Made by a program: the position numbers and the translations under genes | Shown here: positions 27,172 to 36,390 of the stretch, one piece after another | Position numbering within the stretch: the stretch's first letter is position 1 | Layout: every line of letters begins with the position of its first letter | Notes under the pieces: model-generated | The model's database searches: none | What the model saw: the letters and a program-made list of their open reading frames with translations, nothing else | Told to the model about the DNA's origin: nothing | Assembly: GCA_001599295.1 (NCBI GenBank) | Contig: BCGN01000003.1 | Span: forward strand, 1,178,001 to 1,242,000 | Origin: Sporopachydermia quercuum | Taxonomy: Eukaryota | Direction: 5' to 3' | Length of the DNA stretch: 64,000 nt

Positions 27172-27483
27172 ATTAGGAATATAGCTAACATATGCTTCAG
27201 GTTCTCTATTTTCTTGGGTAATTCTTTATACTTTGTCACCATAGTGTACTACAGTATAATTACGTTTTATGGTTATAACAGTACGTTGATTTTTTTTTTT
27301 AGTTTATTTGCTATGGAAGTAGGAGAAAATTAGATCCTAACTACGCTTTTTGCAGCGTTACCATTTTTAGAACACACGCAGATAATTCTTGCACCAATTC
27401 CTGTATTATTTGTGTTGTACATCATATCATTAATACTGGGGTTCAATATTTCTAAAGCTATGGTTGATTTTTACTTCAACTGA
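26133..27483 (+). CDS. GMH1: UNC-50 family Golgi membrane protein; exons 26133-26392, 26465-26564, 26633-26636, 26725-27118, 27201-27280, 27356-27483; 321 aa
   Basis: Spliced RLLKPPTLDFETAIWEI, YYH|KQ|TKNSWARDDPSF, IEWAYCFDVHCNAF, GNSLY, FYGYNTLPFL; summed exons 966 nt, in frame. Confidence 0.92.
27139..27171. repeat. (GAT)11 microsatellite in GMH1 intron 4
   Basis: Read directly. Confidence 0.95.
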
Positions 27484-27881
27484 ACGAGAGTTAATTGATA
27501 TAGGAACAATATAAACTGGAGACTGGGAAAATCAAATTTCAACATGAGAATCTCAGTAATATTCTAGTTTTCATATAAGGAGTCAAGTAAAACTAGTTGC
27601 TTTAGCGGCATCAGTTAAGCAATGTGAAAAATTTAAGTATGACACATCTTACGATTGTATAAGTAGTTGCCAAATGAAGAAAAACAACGAGTGTTCATCT
27701 AGTAAACAAATATTGACAACTATGCTGTATTTTTCTACAAGTTCTATCAGTTGGGCTACTTTACAATAAAATCTACAAAGATAATAAGTAAGAAAACGAA
27801 CAAGTATCATTATTATCCGTCTAACTAAGGATTTACATGTTCATACTCATACAATTCCAACCATACTTTGTCAACTCTAAT

Positions 27882-28481
27882 CTATTCTTCGTCAGAAATT
27901 TCTTCCTGGCCAAATGTGCAAATTCCAGAGAAATCATTGTCTGCAATATTAGCATCAGGAGGACATACACCTTTGAAAATCAATGTAGGAGCAGCTCTAT
28001 CATTTTCTTGCTCAGTCTTCTTAGTTGAATTGTAGAGTTCATTTTCCAAATCAGCCTCTGTTTCACCTTGTTTCACTTTGTAAAAGGAAATATGAATATC
28101 TCTATTGTTTAACTGTGCGTAAAGATGGTACCTCGTATCTAGAAAGTCCTCTAGTTTATTGTATTGGATAGTGCCTGTGGCTGTGCCTGTGAATTTGCTA
28201 ACAGTTGCTCCAACTGCTAATATCGGATTATTGAGTACTTGCAGCTAGAATAAAATTGTTAGTATATATAATCATTTCGATCCGACTAAATACTGTCCAT
28301 CCTATTATTCTGATCTATTGTTTCTTTCTTCTTGGATGTTAACTCTTCGAACCTTAGTAAAACTTACATAGAACCCTGAGACCCCGAAGGGAGAGCAATG
28401 AACTTCCAGAGTACTTGGATATGAATAAGCAAATTTAGGATCTAATTGTTGCTTGCTTGAAGTCCGTGCAACTTGAGCCAT
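27882..28481 (-). CDS. Uncharacterised 158-aa protein, beta-rich, possibly VapA-like barrel; exons 28481-28368, 28244-27882
   Basis: ATG 28481; canonical intron 28367-28245 (GTAAGT...TACTAAC...CTAG, phase 0) joins a 38-codon and a 121-codon open frame. Fold assignment is inference. Confidence 0.75.
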
Positions 28482-29254
28482 TCTCTATATTCTTATGGTG
28501 ATATATTATTTATATGCTGATGCTATGTTGAAACGCACGTTTTCTTTTATTCTTGATTCATCAGTAACCTAATTAAACAAAATGTAATAGTATTCTGCTT
28601 ATATAGCAAGTCTTCTTAATCACAAATATTACGTTCAATCATAAACATATTGCTTCGCCTAAAACTACAGTTACTTGAAAATACAAGATACATCCAACTC
28701 TTTTTATTCAGTTATCTTTCTCCGTTAGTCACAACAGATCAGATCATATCACTCATCATCCATCTCTCCACCATCTAGAACAGCCCTCCTCTGCATATTC
28801 GAACTTTGGAAGAACCCTTATTACTATTCTTGGTCAGAAAGCTTTCTTTTTGAGTCAGCATGAGCTCTATGGTGTTTTTATGCGAGCCTATGCGCATTTT
28901 AGCATGATATATCCCGATAAAGAAATTGTGGCTCGACAGTTGTAAACTTTAAAAAGTTTGAGAGAGATAGAAAAATATTTATAGTGTGTGAAATGAGAGG
29001 CATAGAAGAATTTGTGAAGTTCATAGAATGCGAACTTATAATTAAAGAAAAAGATTACTTACTTTGATGGAGAAAACGACTAGGTTGATTGATATAGAAA
29101 TAGAAGATAGGGCGAAAGGAAAGGAGAAGAAAGGATTTTGATTGAATAGTTTCAATAGGTGCTGAAATTGTAGTTGTCGTTCAATCTTTGCTTTGAATAG
29201 TCGATTCCTGTGAAAGATCTGGGGTTTTGTATAGACACTGCTTGTCAAATTGCG

Positions 29255-30139
29255 ATGTCAAAAATTACATCAGATAGCACAGCTCCAGATGAGCTGGATG
29301 ATGGGCTTGAATATGAAGTTGAGGAGAATGTTTCTGAGGAAGCAATGGCAGCAGAGGGAATTCGCCTGGAAGAGCTGCCTGATGAGTCTGATTCTGATAT
29401 TGAAGTGAGCGATAATAAAGATGCGAAGACTAAGAAAAGGCGAAAGAATGAAGGACATATTGAAAAGAAAAGACAAAAGTTTCAATTAATAACTGAGCAA
29501 AAGCAAAACCTTTGGAATTTAAGTCCGGATCTTCTTGTTGATTTTATCTTGAATAAAGCAAGAGTCATAAATCCAGATTTATCAACATTGGAATTGAGTG
29601 ATAAATATGGTCTTCAGCAATCGAATATTCAAGTGACAGGTTCTTGGGATAAGCAAAGAAATTTGGATGGATATAATAGTTTTTTGAAAAACTATTTTCC
29701 TCGGTTTTTGAAGAAGGATGATACAAGTTCTGGTTGGATTATAATTTTAGCTATGTCTGCTATACGGGTTTGCGATATCCTGAGAGCAACAAGAAGCAAT
29801 AAAAATAACCTTAAGGCTATCAAACTGATATCGAAAAATAAGTTGAAAGATGATGAGAAAATTATAAATGCAAGTGAGCACATCAAAAAGAAACTGTTCA
29901 TAAGTACACCATTAAGATTACAGAAGTTGGTTGATTTAGGTGTTATCAAAAAGGAATCATTGAAAAAGAATCTTAAAGGTGTTGTTATAGATTCCAGTTA
30001 TCTCAATGCTAAGCAGCAATCAGTATGGGATGTTGATTTAATTGATAAATTCCTACCTTTTTTCAAGAGTGAGATCCTGTCATTAAAGGCCGATGAAACA
30101 GAAAGCCGAAATTCTGGATTCAAGATTTACCTCTATTAA
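29255..30139 (+). CDS. CMS1: U3-containing 90S pre-ribosome factor Cms1
   Basis: DELDDGLEYE, NPDLSTLELSD, IIILAMSAIRVCDILRA, ISTPLRLQKLV, VVIDSSYLNAKQQSVWD. Confidence 0.88.
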   Translation: MSKITSDSTAPDELDDGLEYEVEENVSEEAMAAEGIRLEELPDESDSDIEVSDNKDAKTKKRRKNEGHIEKKRQKFQLITEQKQNLWNLSPDLLVDFILNKARVINPDLSTLELSDKYGLQQSNIQVTGSWDKQRNLDGYNSFLKNYFPRFLKKDDTSSGWIIILAMSAIRVCDILRATRSNKNNLKAIKLISKNKLKDDEKIINASEHIKKKLFISTPLRLQKLVDLGVIKKESLKKNLKGVVIDSSYLNAKQQSVWDVDLIDKFLPFFKSEILSLKADETESRNSGFKIYLY

Positions 30140-30592
30140 ATTCCTTTTTCTTCACTCTCGTTTCTTACATGTATCAATCATACCATTTTCCCCAATTTTA
30201 AAGCAGTTGGTAGACGTGAATCATTAAAAATACATTTATGAGTATTCATTTTCACTAGTTCAGCTTTCGGCAGCTTGATTTGTAGAATAACTGTGGGTTA
30301 TGCTGCGATCTTAAACGTTTGGAACTGACAATAAGACAAATATTTAACAAGGCTAAAACACCGATATATGTGTGAATTATTATTTATTTAAGCCTGAATT
30401 GTTTTCGAAGTAATTCGTAGTGTATCAAGAACGAATTCTCTCAAAAGTTCCTTTAAATCAATAATATAGCTAAGTGTAGGCTTAAACAAAAATGTTGGAT
30501 TGATCAGAAACGATTTGCCCAAAATCTAATATTCTTAATTCTTACTTGAATCCATATTAGATAAAGATTGTTATATAAGAAATGTTTCCTTT

Positions 30593-30755
30593 AGCGACTG
30601 GAGCCATAAGACTTCTTCTACAAAGCTCTATGCAATAGCATTCCCACACTCTGCTTAATTTTAAGGTTCCTTTACCCAATGAACCAAGGAGAAGGCAGTT
30701 GCTATATGGTACCAAAGCTTCAGGATCTTTGCATACTTCATGCAAAGGCGTCGCT
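30593..30755. ncRNA. Candidate structured non-coding RNA (identity and strand unresolved)
   Basis: Nested complementary segments: AGCGAC/GTCGCT ends, AAGCT/AGCTT, ATAGCA/TGCTAT, CTGC/GCAG, GGTTC/GAACC, plus 8-bp hairpin CTTTGCAT-ACTTC-ATGCAAAG; more GC-rich than flanks. Confidence 0.35.
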
Positions 30756-31269
30756 TGAATTAAGTAAGAAGTTGTATACACATTTTATAAATAGGTTTTC
30801 GGTTCAAGAATGATCTCGGATTGCTTATCATGTATTGAAAATCGAGAGTATCACAAAAAAACACGATGCACATGCGACTAAAAATTGAAGCTGACTACAT
30901 TTACTTTGATGTATGAAAGCAAACCGAACCAGTTGATAGTTTTGCTCTACTTATAATTTACTCAAGTTTCATCTATTGAAGAATAAATATTCTCCACTCA
31001 ATTTAAATCTTCATAATAAAAACCTTCTAAAAGAAAAGTCTACTCTCAGCAGATTATTTCTTTATTTTTAGGTTCTATTCAATGCATAATCATGCATGAA
31101 AACAGCAATATCGAGTAATCTTCACTTGAAAGGCTTGAGNTATTCAACGACTATCTAAGTATACATTACTTCATGTTCAATTATTAGAACTTGTTAAGTA
31201 GCCATAAATATTGTCTCATTACTAATTTGACGAGCAAGTTGTAAGATTGACAGTTTCAGAATTACAGAA

Positions 31270-31434
31270 ATGAGACTGAACAAAGACGGCGGACATATTT
31301 TCAGTGATGCTCAGAGACCTGACGATTCTAGCCACCTGACAACCAGCAACGAATATCATGTATATCTGAAGACAGAAGAAGGTATCCATGAATACGTCAC
31401 TTCATTACAAACCCGAATTAGGAATTCATTATAG
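31270..31434 (+). other. 54-codon ORF, possible terminal exon or small gene (MRLNKDGGHIFSDAQRPDDSSHLTTSNEYHVYLKTEEGIHEYVTSLQTRIRNSL)
   Basis: ATG-to-TAG open frame with protein-like composition; TACTAAT at ~31220 could be a branch point. No family recognised. Confidence 0.25.
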
Positions 31435-31520
31435 TTGTTCCTTTTTCAAAACAGTAGATCTCCGATTGACTTGCCTCTTAAAACGAAAATAGTTACCTCA
31501 TACCTAACTACAAGTTGTAG

Positions 31521-31575
31521 GCACAGATGTTATCAGCACAGATGTTATCAGCACAGATGTTATCAGCACAGATGT
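31521..31575. repeat. 15-bp tandem repeat GCACAGATGTTATCA x3.7
   Basis: Units at 31521, 31536, 31551, partial 31566. Confidence 0.95.
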
Positions 31576-31686
31576 AATTATTCTCACCTTCATCAAAACA
31601 TCTCAAAACAATCTACACTCTTGGATACTCAAAGCCTTACATAAGTTCTTTTACTATGTAATCCATATAAAACCTACTTCCACTCC

Positions 31687-31741
31687 TACATTAAACATTG
31701 TACATTAAACATTGTACATTAAACATTGTACATTAAACATT
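31687..31741. repeat. 14-bp tandem repeat TACATTAAACATTG x3.9
   Basis: Units at 31687, 31701, 31715, partial 31729. Confidence 0.95.
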
Positions 31742-32221
31742 ACGTAATCCAAATTATTTCATATTTTATGATTATACAAGCTTTTATTATATGAAGTTAG
31801 CGGCTAAATCAAAGGAAAATCAGATGCCAGGCATCTCACAAGACTAAAAAATCGAAAGTCTTCTTACAGAGAATCCTTTACTGATTTGCACCCTTTTTAA
31901 GGTGGAGGTTAAAAATAAGAAGACACACCTATCTTCTATTAGTTTCCTGAGCCACGTATCAAGAATTTTTGATGAACTGATAATCAAATTTTAGTATTGA
32001 TTGTACTTGTGCTATTTCATTAGATAGAATTAAAAACTTTCGGTTGAAAAAGTCATAGGTTAATAGGCATTCTTTACTGTGCGAAAGCATCAACATTAAA
32101 GTCTAAATGCTTCATTAGTAAGGCTCATCTCGCAGTCTTTTATTTTATGATCAAATATTACCTCAATACATCTTGAGAAAGTTACTGTGTTATCAACTAT
32201 TAAATCTTGGAGACGGTAGAA

Positions 32222-33226
32222 ATGTCAAGTGTTCAAGTTTCAAGTATTTCATCATCACCATCAAGTCAGTCTTCAGGGTCTAATTCGCCTAACAACGGTG
32301 CATCCCTGAATACTGCAATAGCTAACATGTCAATAACACAACCTCATAATGCACCAAGGAGCAGTTCACGCTCACCGAAAACTGGATCAAATATAATAAG
32401 TCCACTGTTATCAAGTCGAACGTTACATTCTCCCAAACTGGGTAGCCACTCTTCAAACATATCATTTCTCTCATTGTCTATAAAGGAAGAAGAAACTATG
32501 AAAATGGAACAAAGTCAACAACAACCGCAACATCAAACAACACAGCATATAGCCCCAGGAAATAAATTCAGTCGGGGGTCCACTCTTCCGTACACAACAG
32601 GAATTGCTTCAACATTGGAATCAGGATCATCTCAGGTACCATCGAATAATGGTAGCACTAACAATTTCTATCCCAATACTCCTTTGCGAAGATCATCTAA
32701 TCAGCTTAACAACTGGCCTTGGTATTACCATTCTCATCAAAAGAGACATCAACACTACCAACTACAGCCGCAACAATATCAAACTCCTTCAACACCTACA
32801 CCTGGAATGAATTACCCGCAGGGAATACCTATAAAGAAGACTACCAGCGATATGTTTTCAAGCAATTTACAAAGATCTACAAGTCAGACTAACATACAAA
32901 TTGGAACTCCAGACTCACCAGGACTGGATCCTACTTCAGTTGTGGGATCTCCAAGTCAGTTCCTCTTGACTCAGCAGACTCCACCTTCATCCATACCAAA
33001 CTCGCTTCATTTAAGTCCAGTCATGGCCATTGACCAGGACAATTCTTCTGGTTTTGATGCTATCAATCTCAACTCTATAGAAATTCCTCAGAGACATGAT
33101 TCCACTAGTTCGCCTGATTTAGCACCTAGCTCGACTCCTGCTGATTGTCCTCCAATGACGCCATTGCAGCTAAGCAATCCTCATTTAACTGCAGATATTG
33201 AGGAAAAATTTAGGAAAAAAAGTTGA
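32222..33226 (+). CDS. Uncharacterised Ser/Thr/Pro/Gln-rich, probably disordered protein (334 aa)
   Basis: Long ORF with ATG at 32222; many SP/TP sites; C-terminal SPGLDPTSVVGSPSQF and PPMTPLQL segments; no family confidently named. Confidence 0.8.
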   Translation: MSSVQVSSISSSPSSQSSGSNSPNNGASLNTAIANMSITQPHNAPRSSSRSPKTGSNIISPLLSSRTLHSPKLGSHSSNISFLSLSIKEEETMKMEQSQQQPQHQTTQHIAPGNKFSRGSTLPYTTGIASTLESGSSQVPSNNGSTNNFYPNTPLRRSSNQLNNWPWYYHSHQKRHQHYQLQPQQYQTPSTPTPGMNYPQGIPIKKTTSDMFSSNLQRSTSQTNIQIGTPDSPGLDPTSVVGSPSQFLLTQQTPPSSIPNSLHLSPVMAIDQDNSSGFDAINLNSIEIPQRHDSTSSPDLAPSSTPADCPPMTPLQLSNPHLTADIEEKFRKKS

Positions 33227-36200
33227 CAGATTGCTTCCATAGACAAAGCTTGAAGTGCATCCCTTACTAGTATTTAGATTCGTAATAATTCGAGTTAAAT
33301 ATCTATTTCATTGTATTGAAAATTCATCAATTAGTACATATAAGGTCAGATAAAACGAAATTAATGAACTTAGGCTGCTTTTATCCTTTTAATAACCCTA
33401 TTACCATATTCTTCATTTCCACATAACTGTGCATTTATCGATAGTTGAAGACTACACTACGGTATAGTAATGCATAATATGAAACATATTGTTGAATCAA
33501 ATCTTTCCTATACTGAATAAAAATACTCCATAAAAATTAATCAAAAAGGGTATATAATATAGGTGTCAAAATAAATACTTCAATCTGGTATCTCAACTTG
33601 ACATTATTTCTAGGCAATTAGGCCCTGGATCTCTTTTTAGATCGAACCTAACCAAACCTGTTCTATTATTTATATCATTCTATTTTCTTCAATGCTCTTC
33701 AATTAAAGTTGACTTAAGTTTTTCCTGTAAGGTTACAGTTAGGTCTTCAGCTTTCCACTAGCGGGAAAATTAAACCTACTACCCCATCGAACCACCACAA
33801 GTATTTGTTTACTCGAGAAAATCGTACTTATGCGCTTCAGTGTTTGATAATTGAAAATTCAGGAGTATGATATTGATTATGATAAATATGAGAGGGTAAA
33901 TTAAGTGGTACTGTGTCTGTTTCTATTTATCAATCAATAGGCTTCTACAAGCATTTTAACAATACATTTAAGGACAAGAACAGGAACAAGAGAAATTCAC
34001 AGACTGCAAATATTTGTATACCTTTACTTGTTATAACCAACTGGTTGCATGCACAAATGGTAGATTACTTAGTTATGCGCAATAATATCAAATTCCAATA
34101 ACCTCGATACTAAAAACATCAAACATTATCTATCCCAGTTATTCTAAGGACAATGATTCATTGTTTCTCTTATACGCAACAATTGGATTCATTATTTCCC
34201 AGAAAGGTGTGGAAACAAGCAATCTAGAGTCAAAGTTGAACACTGAAGAATATTTATTACTCTTTTCATGCTTCTAAAGGAAATGGAGATTAACCTCATG
34301 CATGTCTCAGGTTATTCGCAGAAGCGCCAAATATTCTGGGGCAGTCATGAAAAGAGACTTTGCCTTGTTTTTCTTCTATTGGCTCTTCTTTCACTTTTTA
34401 CTGTAACTGATGATTTAACTTTGAGAAGCCCCGCGTTGAGGACAGCGTAAACCTTAATATTTGCTATCAATTCTATGTAGATGTGTACTTGCTGAGATAC
34501 TATGATGAATCACTTTAGAGAGAAATGAATTCTCAAGTTGAAAACTAATTCTTTTACTACTTTGTACAGTAATAGATCTTACACAGTAGTTTCCATTTAG
34601 AACCGATTGTTCTCACGAAGTCTCAGCAGGAAAAGAGTTTTAATTTCTATCAATGATTCTCTTCCCTCTAAGTACGATTTTAAGGATTCAACTACTTTTA
34701 TAACAGTTGTTTCAAAACATTACGATCACATTCACTACAAAAGTAATCTTCTAGTTGATTCTTTTTCTTCCTATTTATTTGTGATCTTTTCAGTCATCTC
34801 GTGTGTTTGGATTCTCAATACTTTTGAATGTGATTACATCTTGTTTTTCAGTACAAGATCATCACACTATTGAGCCTCACTTTCATTGATCTAATGTCAA
34901 TTGAAAGCCGTGTGTTTCAACCCAGCTATATTACCCATGAAGATATAAATAGGGATATGGACTGCCCGTGAAGATGCGAGATGGAAACACTGATCCATTC
35001 CTTATACTTTATTACATAATTACTTTTTCCATTTCACCAATCTAGAAACTAGCAGTCATATGATGAACTTTCGGCTGGTGCCTTGTATTCGAATTGGAGC
35101 ACTAAGAAAGACTGAGAGAAAGGAAAGTTCTGCCTCCACTAGGATAAAAATGAGACATGCTAGTTAGTTCAAAAAGGTGTTAGGATGCTTTCATTTTTTT
35201 TCTATATCTAGTAAGTTTTGATTATATAGAAACCAGTTCAACCCCTGTTCCAAATCAATATTCTATACAGTGGATCTGGACTTTTCAAAAATTATATCGT
35301 TGCTATTGACTTGTAAGCTAATCTAATCTACAAAAACGATTACCACTTTATACATTCTCAGTCAACATCTAGCACCAAATATTTAAGTATACAACCTCAC
35401 CGGAACCACGTTCGATCTTCTTTTAAACTAAATACATCAAACTTATGATGATTAATCGTTAGTTATTGACATAAATATCTTCGGCTATTGATAAATAATC
35501 TCTTCGGCTGAAAAAAGGTTTCAGAAATAAAGAAGGGTGACATCATGATCTCCCGTTTCTAAGATCCTCTGTCATCAATAAGAGAGAACTTGTTTCTAAC
35601 CCAACTGTCAACTTGTATTCTGTTGTATTGTGAATATTTGAGAATAACTAATCAATGGAATACATTCTATTGAATTGAACGTATTTTGCATCATGTGTGT
35701 TTTGCTAAGAGAAACCAAACGCTGGTCTCACTGTTAGGTCTTAGTAGCCAACTTTAACTTAGCAAGTGAAATTTCGATGTTCCTTTCACATTCACTAAAA
35801 TTATCCCGAGAGAGCTAATTTGCTTTCCACAGACCATTCACTACCAAGTTTGTAGAATGAAAGGATCCGAAGTTGAATCTTTCAAACTTCTAGAGTTGAT
35901 AGTACTCTATGAAAGAATACAAATAGATTAACAGGAGTCCTCTTTAGAAATCAGCATAGACCAAGAATATTAATCTCTATGCCTCCATTTTATTTCCAAA
36001 ATTCTTCCGCACATCAGCTGCTCTAGACAAAACCTTAATATAAACGTTAACTATATTTTTTATGGCGGGAACAAATGCATATTGCAATACAAGTACAGTA
36101 TGCGGAAAGATTTCAATAGATAAACATAGTGCAAACCAGCCTGTCTCCATTCTTTACCGTCTTTCTTTCGTGTAGCAGTTCATACTGTTTGCTTTAATTA

Positions 36201-36390
36201 AGGGGTCATATTCCTCGCAGAATATATCAATCCTAAAGCTCACTACAACAACAATTCAACGCAACCATCATTTATCTACACATCTTACATAGTGTGAAAA
36301 CTAAACAAGGCAGTTAAACTTATGTAACATTCCCTGGAAGCGTTTTGAGTACAACTGCTTGATTGTTGATATATGATTTTATGATTGACA

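Noticed and set aside
30665..30685. GGTTC-11 nt loop-GAACC resembling U5 snRNA loop 1
   Set aside because: Loop CTTTACCCAAT lacks the invariant GCCUUUUAC.
30557..30781. 74-aa minus-strand ORF
   Set aside because: Non-ATG start, no recognisable family; region better explained as non-coding structure.
31435..31644. ORF with HRCYQ repeats
   Set aside because: TTG start; translation of the 15-bp minisatellite.
31521..31741. Short direct repeats as CRISPR or telomeric array
   Set aside because: No spacers, eukaryotic context; units lack a G-rich telomeric core.
33641..33800. TCGAACC (B-box-like) motifs suggesting tRNA
   Set aside because: No cloverleaf, acceptor stem or A-box around either copy.
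34948..34993. GIWTAREDARW peptide resembling a Myb repeat start
   Set aside because: Bounded by stops within a few codons on both sides; no splice support.
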